Notes: generated by a model not told the origin, from the letters alone. Shown: positions 18,951-37,141, numbered from the stretch's first letter. The stretch: 64,000 nt of DNA from the human T2T-CHM13v2.0 reference genome, Homo sapiens (GCF_009914755.1 NC_060932.1), one strand, 5' to 3'. A program made the numbers and translations.

Positions 18951-20809
18951 AGACTTGGGCATTTATTCGGGGTCCTCCAAAGAATTGAGTTATTTCCCTA
19001 GGGTGTCTCATCACCTGCAGGTAGGTGGGCAAGGGGGCTTGCCTCTGTAATACTCATGATTATGGGTAGTGCTCAGCCTTAGTCACCACTCTCAGAACAC
19101 TTTATTGACTAGGAAAGTCAAAACTGGCATTGATAACTAACGGAAATTGCAGCTAAAACTAACAGAAGATGTTGAGCTGATGACAGCTGGGCAACCAATA
19201 ATCAATAACTTGGCTGTGTCATGTTACTGCCATGCTGGGCAGGTAGAACCAGGGGTTCCTTAATCCCTCCTTCACATTAAGGATGCTTATCAAGACTTCC
19301 CCAACCATGGAGACAGGGATATTATCAAATACTTGCAGTTCACCCCAAAAGGCTCACCCTCTTCGTTCCACCTGCACATGACCTTCAGCTCAAAGACATT
19401 TCCAGTCCTCCAGGTCAGCCCTTCTTCCAGCCTTTGAATTAACCCTGATGACTGCCTGCCCATTAAGTGTCTTCACCATTCATCACATAGCCTTTTCCAA
19501 GGCTTTCCTTCAATCCAGCCCTCACTAAACGCTGGAACTGTTGTTGACAAAATCCAGAACAAGCTGGGTGGGGGATGCAGTTGGGAAGCAGGCAGTAGTA
19601 ATGGGGAAAAATTCTAAGCAATCTCGAACACAGAAAATAAACTGAACAGGTAAGAGAGAGGCAGTCAAGAGAAGAAGTGTGAATTTTGCATAACTGAAGC
19701 TGAAGAAGATCGGGGGGCATGGCAGACCACAAGATAAATATGATATAGACTCCTTTTTAAAAAAGTATAAACATCCACCCTTTCCTACTGACAACTGTGC
19801 TTCAAATATTGCTAAGGTCTTTACTAAAGGTGAGTCAGAAAAACTGGGTATTTTATGCAATACAGTAAGAAGGCCCATAGGCAAGTATGTTCCTGACACC
19901 ACCTTCTAGGATAAGCCCTGAGATTCTGGTTACTCCTGTCCTAAACTTGTCTCTCACTCCTGCTGTTGGAGAGCTACCATGAGAGAAGAACCATAGTGAA
20001 GTGGTTAAGAGTGTGCACCCAGCGACTGGCCAGATGACCACAAACCATCACTATCTAATACTGAGCAAGTTACATAATGTTTCCGAGCCTCAACTTTCTC
20101 ATCTGTAAAATGGGTATGTTGTCATTCATTAATCAAATTCTAGGTGAGCATATACTAAACACCAGAGACACAAATGAGAATCAGAACAGGCACGTCCCTG
20201 GCCCTTATGGTGACCACAGTCTTGAAGGGGAAGGATGACACGCAGAGAAATAGGAAGCCATAGCTGAGCTAGTTTCTACCACAGAGAGGCAGCTGGTGTC
20301 ATGAAAGCAGATAACAGGGGGTTACTGGGACTGAGTCAGTGTGGCCAGAAGTCCCTGAGGATGTAGTGACTCCAGTGTCAGATGAGACCGTGACCAGGTG
20401 AAGAAGCAGGGAGAGGGAAAATTTTTCAGGCAGAAAGAGCAGGATGTGCAAAGACCCTATGGCAGAAAGAAAACAAAGGAAGTGCAAGAGCCTGAAAGAG
20501 GCCAGAGAGAGCAAGTGAAAATATGGATAATCACAGCACCGACCTCATACAGGACTTGCAAGAAATCGAGACCCTGTCTGTAACAGATTCAGCAATGACT
20601 AAATAGAAACTATCTCCTAAAAGCACACGATGAGGTTCCTTGGTGGTATTTCCCACATGGGGCTGCCATGCATTCAGAGGCCAAGTTCAACCTGTCTGTA
20701 GACAACCTCCAAGCCAGCTGGACACACATACACCCTCAGGCTCAGGATACCCAGGACAGAGTCCTGGATGCTTGAAGTCATGATAAGTATGCAGAATGAC
20801 ACAGAATTC

Positions 20810-21124
<315 letters not shown>

Positions 21125-23370
21125 CTAAAGGGGGAGAAAGGGCTTTCTTCCAAAGCTGGGCCTGGTTTCTACAGAGAGTCTTTCACATGAAAATTAAGCA
21201 GCTCTTTGCAAGCACCTCAGAGGAGAACCCCTCACCCTGATGAATCAGGCACAGGGGCGGATCCAAGACAACTGGCTGCGTGCATGTGAACAAGCCTATG
21301 GTGGAAAGGCAGTGCTTTATTGTTTGGGGTGGTTTAATCACCAGGAGGGAGAAGCTTCTAAAGCAGCATTCAGAGGTGGCTGTTGCCTGGGTTTTCTGGA
21401 AGGGGGAGGTGGTGAGGATGAGGGCTTCCCTTTCATCTGCAGGCCCCTTGCAGAAGGAGCTGGGGAAAGCTTTGCAACCATCTGCACACTTTGCCATCTT
21501 GTCTGGCTGGGATGCCGAGCTCCAGATGGGGGCAGATGGGATAGCTCTTGCCACCGTATTTGGAGAGAGATGTCAGGGAAGTCAACCCCCGTGGAGAAGA
21601 CAGGAGCAGGCAAGTGCTGGACAGTGCTGCCCAGGTCCCTGGGGCTGAAGTGTCCAACCCCACAGCCTCTAGGTGCCACTAAAGCAGCCCAAGAGGATCT
21701 TCTCTGTCCATCTCCATCCTGGCACCTACAGACACTTGGAGAGAGTCCTTCACATGGGAACTCACAAATGCACACTGATAACCCCCACACGGAACTCTCA
21801 TATGTAGCAAGTGAAAAGAGAGGATGCCAGTTTAACTTGAATTTCAGATAAACAACAAATCATTTTTTAGGGTAAGCAGGTCCCAAATATTGCATGGGAT
21901 ATATTTGCACCAAAAAAAAAAAAAAAAAAAAAAAGGTTAATGAGAAGTTCAGGTTTAATTGGACCTCCTGTATTTTACCTGGCAAGCCTAACCCTGCATA
22001 AACACAACCTCGAGCTTGAAACTCACAGAGAAGACACGGCCGTGCTCACACACGTGCACAAACCCATATGCCTTACAGAGTCAACGGCTGTGATGAGGGT
22101 CCAGACCCTTGCACACTTTTCTGTCCTCTGTCTGGGCTCAGAGTAAACAGGGGGTCACCTGGAATCCACGTCTAAGCTGGGCTTGGAGGTGTCCTAATGA
22201 AGCAGGATGCTGTCCTGCAATTCCCCAGCTCAGCTAGGACTGTAGCCAGGCCTAGCTTCCAGTCTCGGGCCTAGAACAAACAGCACAGCCCCAGACCTTG
22301 GCAAGAAGGTTTCATCTCAAAGGCCACTGGTGCAGGAACTATTAGAAGCCCCACTTCTTTCCTCTGTTTCTGCTGCCATTGCCCCAGTCTCTGACCCTGA
22401 CACTCAATCACTCTATAAACACAGCAGGTACTAGGGGTGGCTCTGGGCTCGGCACTAAAGACATTGACCCTGGTAAAGCCACAGTCTAGCAATGACAGTC
22501 AACCACCTATCAGCAACAGCCCTGCCCCACACGTGCTGACTGCGCACAAGGCCGGCGCTGTGAACGTGCTCTCAACAGGGATCTCACTGAAACCTCATGG
22601 CAGCTCTAGGATGCAGACAGTAGCATCACATTATCCCCATTTTACTTTTGAGGAAACTGAGGCCTGAAGAAGGCAAATGCAGGCCTCGAGATTTGCAGTA
22701 ACATTGCCAGGAATGTTTGAGAAAGCAAACTTCTCCAGAGTGAGGCAGTCTGCCAGAGCTCAGAAGCCAGTGTCCCTGTTAGCAGGGGCTGGGGGCACTG
22801 TGGGGTGGAGGCAGACAAGCAGGTAGGGGCTGGACCCCCCAGGACACCAGGGTGCAGACTGGTGTGAGTAAAAGAAAGAGGGGCTGTCATGCCATCATCT
22901 GCAGAAGATGATGTCTACAGAGGACAGTACCATGTGAGCCCTTGGGAAGCTGGATGACCGGATGGAGTTTTGCACAGGATGCAAATTGAGCACAGATCCC
23001 CCTCTGACCTAGACAGCCCACCTCCAGGAACATCTCACAGAAATGCAGGCACAGAGCACCAAGTGATATGTGTGAGGAAATTCATCAGAACACCGTCTGT
23101 GATTGGGAAAAGGCGGAAACCCTCCAAAGACGTCTCGGTGCAGGGCTGGTTAAACGAAGCGTGGTGCATCCACACGTCAGAATAACTGCAGGGAGAAGAA
23201 GGTGGTACCCAGGTTCCAACGTGAGACAATGTCAAAGACATGCTGCCTGAAAAACAGGCTTTCCAAAGAATAAATATAGCATTATTGCATTTTTACTTTT
23301 TTAAAAAGATTACAATAAACACTTATGTGCAAATACATGTGCTTGTGTGCACAGAGGAAAAAGCTGTGGA

Positions 23371-23655
23371 CAGAAACAGAAAACCAAACACGGTGTGTTC
23401 TCACTCATAAGTGGGAGTTGAACAATGAGAACACATGGACACAGGGAGGGGAACATCACACACCGGGGCCCATCGGGGGTGGGGGACAAGGCGAGGGGGA
23501 GCGTTAGGTCAAATACCTAATGCATGCGGGGCTTAAAACCTAGATGACGGGTTGATAGGTGCAGCAAACCACCATGGCACATGTATATCTATGTAACAAA
23601 CCTGCACATTCTGCACATGTATCTCAGAACGTAGAATAAAAAATAAAAAGAAATC
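23371..23655 (+). mobile_element. 5'-truncated L1PA 3' UTR
   Basis: TTCTCACTCATAAGTGGGAGTTGAACAATGAGAACACATGGACACAGGGAGGGGAACATCACAC...GCACATGTATC followed by an A-rich tail. Confidence 0.92.
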
Positions 23656-23766
23656 AAAGAAAAAGGTGGGGAGAGGTATACCCCAACCCTTCCCAGTGTT
23701 ACCTCTGAGATGCAAGATCAAGAAAAGCAAATCAAGAGGTAGTTTTGCTTTCTGTTTTCTATATAA

Positions 23767-24384
23767 TTTTTTTTTTTTTTTTTTTTTTTTTTGGAGACAT
23801 AGTCTCGCTCTATTGCCCAGTCTGGAGTCCAGGGACACAATCTCGGCTCACTGCAACCTCCTCCTCACCGCAACCTCCTCCTCACTACAACCTCCTCCTC
23901 AGTGCAACCTCCTTCTCACTGCGACCTCCTCACTGCGACCTCCTCCTCACTGCAACCTCCTCCTCACTGCAACCTCCTACTCATTGCAACCTGCTCCTCA
24001 CTACAACCTCCTCCTCACTGCAACCTCCTCCTCACTGCGACCTCCTCCTCACTGCAACCTCCTCCTTACTGCGACCTCCTCCTCACTGCAACCTCCTCCT
24101 CACTGCAACCTGCTCCTCACTACAACCTCCTCCTCACTGCAACCTCCTCCTCATTGCAACCTGCTCCTCACTGCAACCTGCTCCTTCTGGGTTCAAGGGA
24201 TTCTCTTGCTTCAGCCTCCCAAATAACTAGGATTACAGGCATGCACCACCAAGCCCGACTAACTTTTGTATTTTTTGTAGAGACAGGGTTTCACTATTTT
24301 GGCCACCTGGTCTCAAACTCCTGGCCTGCCCACCTTAGCCTCCAAAAGTCCTGGGATTACAGGTGTGAGCCACCATGCCTGGCC
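23767..24384 (-). mobile_element. Alu containing an internal minisatellite
   Basis: Poly(T) tail at 23767-23792; Alu sequence resumes after the array at ~24186. Confidence 0.9.
23849..24185. repeat. 17-bp minisatellite, consensus CACTGCAACCTCCTCCT, about 20 units
   Basis: Read directly; the unit corresponds to the Alu segment CACTGCAACCTCCGCCT. Confidence 0.95.
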
Positions 24385-24949
24385 TGCATTGCTTGAATTC
24401 TCAGACCACATGGACCCTCTCATCTGGCCCAATTGCAAGAGTCCAAGGCAGGAAAGGCAGAAGGCAGGGGCTTACCCCTCCATCAGGACAACATAGAACG
24501 GAGTCAAAAAAGGAAAACATGAATGGATCAGTCAAGAGGGCCGTGCACATGCCCTCCCAGGCACCTACACCTTGCAACTTAAGCCGACAGCCTTTCAAGC
24601 CACAGAGTCTTCCTCCCCAGAGACTAGCAAGGACACAAGCCCTGGCCAGGCCCTTCCAGGAAGATGTTCTGAGGGACAAGGTGGGGGGCAGAGTCAGGGG
24701 TGGCAGGAGGAAAGGGGGACACGAAGCCAAGGAAACCAGGGCACCCCATGCTTCCTGAAGGCAACTAGAACAGGGCGCCACACAGAGCCCCTGTGTACCT
24801 GTTTCTACAACAGCCTGAACACAAGGAAAAGTAAAACAAGGAAAATACACAAAACCCAGCCTCACCTGGAGCAGGTTAAATAAAGGTGTGTGAATTTTCC
24901 TCATGTCCTTTGGAATTGGAAATCCAAGCTTCCTCTTCTGTGCCTTTAA

Positions 24950-28488
<3,539 letters not shown>

Positions 28489-29308
28489 CTCCCCAGGCTT
28501 AAAGCAAAACCTCCATCTTGTCTGTCTCCACTCTCATCCCAGGCAATCGCGGTCATTTCCACAGCCTCAACCACTGTCTACCTGGGATGCCTCCCAAGCC
28601 CGGGTCACCAGCCCAAACCTGCCTTCCTAGCCCCAGACCCATCTGTCCTGGCACATATTGCCCCCTGGGTCCCAACAACCTCAGCCAATGAGACCAATGC
28701 CAACTTCCTGTCCTTGCCTGACACTGTCAGCCCTGAGATCAGACTTGACCATTCACCTCCAGTACCTGATAGGTCCGTCAGTCCTTTGGAACACATCCCA
28801 CGAACATTCCCCAAACCAGGCACCGGACTCCACACATCAACACCGTCACGTGAGTCACCAGCATCCCTGGCAGGGACCCCTGTCCCAGCCTCCAACTCAT
28901 CTCCTTCCTGTCCCTTGAGTTCTGTGTCACATTCCAGAGGCCACAAGAAGAAAAATGACCACCTTAATGAAATTAAAAGAATTGAGAAGACATTTCTCTA
29001 TGGTCCAAAATCTTTCCAACTAAGAAACACATATCAAGATCCAGCCTGCTGGCCCTGTGGTTAAATGTTCCTGAAATAATTAAAGCCCAGGGCAACACAG
29101 CCCCCACTCCACAAGAACTCCCAGCACAGTAAGACTTGCTTCTCTACAGGGGCGTGAAATGTCCAGGGTGTACCCTGCCCCTCTCTGTCATAGCTAACAG
29201 GAATGTGCTCCGTGTCTTCTTCCTGCTCAAAGGACCGTCCACCAACCTGCGCAGGCAGCACTTTCGGCAAGGGGAGGATGGGAGAACATCCTACCATTTC
29301 CCACTTAC

Positions 29309-29467
29309 GCACTGCATTCATCAGGAGCCTGCCTCACAAATTACAAGAGCGCTACGGCAGACCCACGACATTCCAGCGGATGGCCATGTCTTCATGTCAA
29401 CTTGAAAGATCATTGCCAGGGAAATATCTATATCTCGGCAGAGAGAGCTTCAGCCTGTGTAGTCCAG
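29309..29467 (-). other. Candidate internal non-coding exon downstream of the CpG-island exon
   Basis: Acceptor TTTTTTTGATTTCCATTTGAGCACAG| and donor TGC|GTAAGT bracket 159 nt. Motif evidence only. Confidence 0.35.
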
Positions 29468-29813
29468 CTGTGCTCAAATGGAAATCAAAAAAACCAGATG
29501 TTGGTCAAAACACCCTGTCTCAGGGAGCTGGCTCTGCAGGTCCCCAGTGTGAGAGTGAACTGGGTGGGCCACCTGACCTGCCTACCCACATCCCGGCCTC
29601 CTGGAATCCTGAACCCTGAGAACCAGGGGGATGTGGTGGGGAGCAGGCAAGTCTTGTGCAGAAAGCCAAGATGCCACCCAAATCCACTCTGCAGTCTAGG
29701 TGAGCGATATTCTGGTCTGCACCACACCAGTGCACGAGGGGATGGAGGATGGAGTCTAGACAAGCCAAATGTAAAAAGATATTGTCCACGTATTTTGTGC
29801 TTTGTCTGTGTTA

Positions 29814-30191
<378 letters not shown>

Positions 30192-31841
30192 CTATGAAAG
30201 TGTATCTCATTTATCTCCATTTTATAGATGAGAAAACTGAGGCCCCTGGAGTACTATTAACTTTCCAAGACAGCATTGCTCATAAAGGGTACAGCAGGGA
30301 CCCAAGGTCGACACTCTCACCCTCAAACATTTCCACAAGTGTAGACCAATGGCTCTCAACTGGGGTGGTTTTGCTCACATACCACTCCCTTGCCCCACAG
30401 CATTGAAACCATCTGGAGACATCTGGGGTAGCCATAGCTGGGAGGGTAGAATGGCACCTAGAGGATGGAGACCACAGATGCTGCTAACCATCCTACAATA
30501 CACAGGATGCCCCCCCACCACCACCACGAATGGTCTCACCCCAAATGTTGTGACTGTGCCAAAGCTGAGAAATCCAGGTTTCTCCTCAGCAAGAAAGAAA
30601 ATAGCTGCAACGTGGATGCACCTCTACAGGAGCCCCAGGCTGACAATAACCTTCCTGATCTGGTTTCAACCCTGGATGCTTTTACCTGGTGCATCCATCA
30701 GGGATTTCAGGGATTCCAGTGAGTTATCACCCTCGAATGCTCGGTTCTGCCTGACAACCCAGAAATCTCTGCCAAGGTGCCTGGTCTTGGGGAAGGCTCA
30801 GCAAGCGGTTGAGGTTGACAACCAAATACCTAGGAGAGACTTTTCTCTCTCTCCAGCAGGAGCTGTGGGTCAGACACACCCTGGGATCATTCACAAGCGG
30901 TCAATAAAGGCTTGGGGAGGGGCAGATTTTCTAGGACTTCTCAATGGGGTGGGTGTTTGTGGATACACAAGCAGCCTGTGAAACTTCTGATATTGGGAGG
31001 AAATCAATGCCCCCATCCTCCACCCCCACCCCCACCTCCCCACCATAAACACATGCCCTGCAGCAGGACTTGACACTCAGGGGCTCCTGGGGTCCCGATT
31101 TATCTGCTAAAACATCCTCTAGCCACCACCGAATAAAGCAACCCCTTGCGACCCAACCACAAGAGCAGTGCCTGGAAGCAACTCCAAGGGACACCAAGTC
31201 ACATTAAAACCTCAGCCATCCAGAACACCAGGCCTGGTGATGAGAAAGAACATTTTATCCTTAAAAGCATCTGAATGCCCATGATGCTTCTTGCAGAGAA
31301 AAGTCCAAAATAATCTGTTATTAAAGAACGAGGATGGTTTTGACATTTTTACCAAGCTAGTGGTCTACGCAGACAAAATCTCATAAAAGGGCACTCTGTT
31401 CTTCTTGTTCCACTCAGACATGGCCTGTGAGTGAAGAAACGGGCTCTCCTCCTCAAAGAAATCACTGCTGATCCTCGTACCAGCCTGACACTGCTTCATG
31501 GGTTCTTCAAAGAGAGTATTCCCATAGGAACTAAAAGGGAAGAGGAATGTGTCTGGCGGGCATTGTGGGCAGCAGTGGGCTTTGGGCCAAATTTTAAGTT
31601 TGAAAATCAAGATTCCCTCTTTTCAAGGGGCCGCCGGACTGAGCAGATACAGGCACCGTGAAAAGAGCGTGCCATGTTCAGATTCAGGAAACAAGGATGG
31701 TTTCTGTTCAGTTCCTCCATCATCCTTCAGGTCATGCGATTCCCATTTCTCTCTGTGGACCAAACAATTCAGTGGGGTTTCTGCCTTTTAAACATTTCAT
31801 TATCAACATATCATCCTTTTAGCCTCCAGAAAGCATTTTAA

Positions 31842-32255
<414 letters not shown>

Positions 32256-33419
32256 TAGTACTAAGTCCCACTTATCCACCTGTGCCAGGCACAACGCTAA
32301 GTGCTTCTATGGACGAGCTTCCCTTAATCTCAGCAGCAACAACCCCAGGCAATGGAGCCTGTTGACAGATCCATTTGCCACTGAAGACAGTAAGGCTCAG
32401 AGAAGGTAAGTGGCTTGTGCCATGTCAGCCAGCTAAGGAGGGGCAGAACCAGGATGCAAACCCCAGCCGCCTGGCTCCAGAATCGCGTTCCAAAGGTCTC
32501 ACTACACTTGGTCACTCCACCGCATTCTGGTATCCTGGTCTTTGGCAGAGTCCACGTAAAAGAGGGAGGTAGAGGGAGTGAGAGGGACTTCATGCAATAA
32601 AGTTTCCCGGCGTTACACTGTCACCGTAATTGTGTCCCCAACCAGGACCTCTCCCTTCTCATCCTTTCCGTGATCGGCCCTGGAAAACCTTCCAAAGAAC
32701 TGTCCTCCTTCTCCCGGGATCTCAGAGAAAATTCACCTGAGTTCAGTGTCCAGGTGACCCAAGCTCTGAATGCGGTAACGTGGACGGGGAGAAGAGGATG
32801 TCACCATGAGCAAGCCTCCCAGACAGCATCCAGGAGCAACCCCAAGACTGGGCAGGGGGGCTCTGATGCCGCCCATGGCGAGGAGGGCTGCCCATGCTGC
32901 CTAAATGGGTTCAGAATGAAGACCGCCCTCTCTCCCATGTGGGGCTCATTAACCATGAATCCAATTATTAAGACAAGCTCAGCTGAGCAAATGGTCAAAC
33001 ATAAAAACATGTGGAAGGAACAAAGAGGTCAACCCCATTATCCATTAAAAACCATCAAGGTGGCGGCCCTCACTGAGGGGTACAGTTCTCCAGCGGGCCC
33101 TCATCTGCCCTCCAAACCCACATGCCTCCCCAGTGGAAGGCCAGCAAAGCCACACAGGAAGAGTTGGGGTAGGAAAGCCGAAAGTGAACCCCAGGAGGCC
33201 AGCCTGGCTACGCAGCCCCATCCCACACACACTGGCCCGGTGATTCAGGGGCCAACGTTTGCAGGACACCGGGAGCTCACAGGGACAGCGCCCCGGGGAT
33301 GCAAGGAACTTTGCCTCTCTGTCCCTCTCTGTAGGGATGGAAAGAGGAGAGCGATTTCTGGGATGGAAGCCATCTGCCTCCTCTCAACTCTTGCTGCCCA
33401 ACCAGAAAGGGAAGAAAAA

Positions 33420-34400
33420 CAGGAAGATGCGGGACGGGTGAGGAGCTGGGTGAGCGCCGCCAGCCCGCAGTCCAGCAGAGCAGGGCTTGGCCAAGCCTGG
33501 CGCCAGGGACTTCCCCCCTACCCCACCACAGGCCCCTCGCCAGGTGAGAGGCACCGACAGGGTCCCAGACAGATGCCCCAGACAGGATGCCCAGCGCAAC
33601 ACCCGCCACTTCCCCTGCTAGGGGCCCCCAGGACGCGGGGCTGCCCCTCTCTTTTTGGCCAGCCGCAGAGTCCAGCGGGTCTCCCAGCCAGGGACGTCGT
33701 GGGAGAATCAGGAAGTCAAAGCCACACAGCCGAGAAGCGGCAGCTGGCGTCTCGGAGGCCGTCACGCGCTGTCACTCCGCGCCCTTCGGAGTTGCCGCTA
33801 AAATACCAACTTCAACCCGGGGCCGGCCACTGAGCCTCCCGCCGCCCCTACCGGCGCCCCCGGCACCCCCGGACCCCGGCGCCCGCGTCACTTACTCCTC
33901 TGCCTTCGCCACCTGTCTGGGTGCCGGTCTCCTCCCTGCCTGGCCGCGGCGCGTCCTCCCCGTCCTCGCAGTCCTCGGGTTCTGCACTTCCCCCCTCCAG
34001 CTACAGCCGCAGCCTCTTCTCTTCGGGAGGGACGTCGTCCTCCTCCCTCCTGGGCCGGCCATCCCTGCCTCGGGGCTTGCCAGTGGCTTCGGAGCTGCCG
34101 GAAGGGCTGGCCACGGCTGGGGGGCTCTGCCTGCACCTGGAGAAGAGGAAGGATACGGCGCGAGCGGCCTCTCGGCGGAGCTGGGGCGTCTGAGCGCGGG
34201 CTCGGTGGGTCCGCCCGGCGAGGGGCTGGGCATAGCGGCCGGCGCGGGCTCCTACGCGGGCCGCTCCTGGCTCTCGCGCCCTCTGCTGGCCGCTCGCGCG
34301 CACCGCGGACAAGCCGGGCCCTGGCCTGCGCTGCACTCACCTGCCCCCGCCCAGGCAGTCGCTGTCCCCTGCCTGTGGCCAGACCCGCTCTGGCCAGGCC
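33420..34400 (-). promoter_or_regulatory. CpG island / probable minus-strand promoter, copy 1
   Basis: Very high GC and dense CpG against a CpG-poor background; consensus donors at 33895-33890 (GGA|GTAAGT) and 34340-34335 (CAG|GTGAGT). Confidence 0.8.
33896..34114 (-). pseudogene. Disabled first-exon ORF, putative paralog of the most distal RBFOX1 exon (copy 1)
   Basis: 73 codons, (V)ASPSGSSEATGKPRGRDGRPRREEDDVPPEEKRLRL*LEGGSAEPEDCEDGEDAPRPGREETGTQTGGEGRG, ending in phase 0 at GTAAGT. The start is GTG and codon 38 is TAG. The RBFOX1 link is from recollection. Confidence 0.5.
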
Positions 34401-35934
34401 CTGCACCTCCTCCCCACCCCAGCCAGGTTGCACCCCGATGGTCTCCCTGCCCAAGGAGGAGAGAAGAGGAGGGAAGCCCCGAGAGGGTGGACATCGGCCA
34501 CAGCCACCTTGTCTTTGCTCTTACCGTGTGTCTTCCATGATTTGGAGGTGGTGGGAAACCCGAGGCTGCTCAAAACTCGTGGAGAATTCCGCCTGCAGGA
34601 TGACATGAATGCACCTTCCCATTGCCTACCAACAGACCTTTTTTGAGCATCACTGTGGACCAGGTGTGGTGATGGGGGAGGGGATATTGTGGAGAACATG
34701 ACAGGCATTGCCTTCACCCAGTGGGGCTCAGCGCTGGGTGGGAAGGCATTGAGAATGGACATTGTCAATTGGGCCAAAGGAGGCCAAGGAGAAGTGCTGG
34801 GGGCATGGGAACTGAAAAAGACAGGAGGCTCAGCAGGTCTTGGAGCTGGGAAAGTGACAGCAGCAGCGGCTGTTCCAAAGGAAGCAACAGCTGAGAGAGG
34901 TCTCGGAGAGTTGTTCTCAGCCCAGTGGAGGGTGTTCAGGCAGAGGGAACAGCGTGTGCAAAAGCCCAGAGGCTGGGAAAGAAGCAGAAAGAGGACTGTG
35001 GGGCTGGAGCGTGGTGGGCAAGGGGAGGAAGGTGTGGTGGGCAGACAGATTGACTGGGACCCAGCTGTGCAGGGGCAGAGGAGATAGGGGATCCTTGCAG
35101 GCCCCCAGCCGGGGCTCAGGCACAGAGACAATGCAGGTGGGCAAAGGGAGGAGACGTGGAGAAATATTTTGGAGGCATGCCCTGATGAATGAGCCCAGGA
35201 TGCACCCTTAGTGTCAGTGTGGAGCTCCTTCCTTGACTGTGTGATGAGCTGAACTCGGGGGTATTTTCTGGACATTGAGGTGCTACACCAAGAGCCCAGG
35301 ACAGGCTAAGTGAGCACTAGCAGCTCCTGGCCCACCTCAAAAGCAGGAGAGACAGGGGAGACTGGGGAGGCCGGGGCAGAAGGGGAAGCCAGGAAGGTAG
35401 GAGAGGCCAGGGAAGCAGAGGAGGCCAGGGAGGCAATGGAGGCAGGAGAGGCTGAGGAGGTTATGTCCTTTCCATGATTCTGCCCTGGATCCTAGGCCCC
35501 TGAACTCCCTGAGCTTCCCCACCCCAAGCGCTGGAACCAGGTTGCACAATGGTCTCCCCACTAAGCTCCTGATGGCAGCCCCTACCCTGCTGTGCTCCCT
35601 ATTTCAACCCTAACAGCTCTCACAGTGGGCAGCACATAGTAGGTGCTCAGGAAACACTGGTGGGAGAGCACGTGGGTCTGCTCAGCACCTTCCTCTCTCC
35701 TCCAGCTCTCCCCATCATGAAATAATTCTGATAACGACACATGGACTTTGAGACCCTCTTCTATTACTTTCCATATGCTAATGCATCTATACCTCACAGC
35801 AGCCCTGGGGGTGGGTGCAATGAGGATGCCCATTTTATAGAGGAGGAGACTGAGGTATAAAGAGGGTAAGTGACATACGCACACTACAGGGGCTGGGGCC
35901 AAGTGATCAGAGCACTCAATCCCCAAAGGCAAGG

Positions 35935-36490
35935 TAGATGCAGTTATCATAAAAGACAGCAGAGTCAAAGCTGCAACCAGAATAGCCTGAATCCCAGCGA
36001 CCTATGGTGCCTGCTGATCGTGGCTTTCCTAGAAGTGAAATAGATAAGAAGCCTGCCACATTTCACTTGATCTGTGTTTGCAGAAGAGCTCTAGGTCAAG
36101 TGAGCAGAAGTCTAATCTGAATCATAAAAACAGAGTCACAGTCCCCAGTCAATTTCCAGACATAAGCCAGTTCACAGACCTGGAGTCCCTTGTCTGAATG
36201 AGAAGCCAGGTCCCCTCCAGAAAGGACTCTGCTCCACTGCCAAAAATTTATACTGTCAGTCTTTCTCCCAACCTGCCCCCAAGGGAATACACAGCCTTTC
36301 GCCAGGATGACTGAACAGGAGAAAAGGAACTAATGAGACCTGTGCAGGATCACTGGACACAGGCTCTGAACTGGCACTAGGGCGAGACTAGGGTCTACCA
36401 GTCAGAATAGGCATTTTGGAGGTCAGGTGAATGTTGGTGCAAGTTCATGTCACGGTAGGTCCATTGGGTCCCCAAATCCATCCTCTGGTT
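35935..36490 (+). mobile_element. ERVL internal fragment (gag end / protease region); copy at ~42068-42625
   Basis: CTGGACACAGGCTCTGAACTG encodes LDTGSEL, a retroviral aspartic-protease motif; the surrounding sequence resembles HERV-L. Confidence 0.7.
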
Positions 36491-36808
36491 ATATACAAAG
36501 CGGCAATGCTGAGATTCAAATTCAGGGCATCCGACATAGAGCCTGGGCTCTTACTCATGAAACATTCTGACACTAGTAACCAATTTAAAAGTGTAAACAC
36601 CTCCTGGGACTAGAATGGGTCCCCAAAACAGTCATGTCAATTGGTTCTGTCAAGAATTTCCTCCCACCCCCTGCTGAGAGCCAGTTGCAAGGAGAGACTA
36701 GGGAAGGGCATTGGGTAACTTTGTTGCTAAAAGCTCTTCTGGATAAAGACGTATGGGAAAAGAAGCAAATAGAGTTCAGCAGAAGAGGTAAGAAAGTAAG
36801 TTTATGTT

Positions 36809-37141
<333 letters not shown>

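Noticed and set aside
18548-19050. Pro/Ser/His-rich and Gly/Trp/Met-rich ORFs
   Set aside because: Translations of the (GGAT)n simple repeat.
23849-24185. CRISPR-like array
   Set aside because: Units are contiguous with no unique spacers, and the context is a eukaryotic Alu.
23666-24396. Three overlapping 160-186 aa ORFs with repeated LQPPPHCNLLLTATSSS
   Set aside because: By-product of a stop-free 17-bp minisatellite inside an Alu.
29174-29246. Possible small minus-strand exon (VGGRSFEQEEDTEHIPVSYDREGQ)
   Set aside because: Weak donor (GTACAC), only 62 nt from the upstream donor, and no recognisable homolog.
33892-34233. 113-aa ORF MPSPSPGG...KAEE as the exon's coding frame
   Set aside because: Its ATG is not present in copy 2 and it is out of phase 0 at the donor; the 219-nt MASPS frame fits both copies better.
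32670-34540. Long plus-strand ORFs (387 aa, 317 aa)
   Set aside because: Non-ATG or weak starts in stop-poor GC-rich DNA, no domain, and the 387-aa ORF is not preserved in tandem unit 2.
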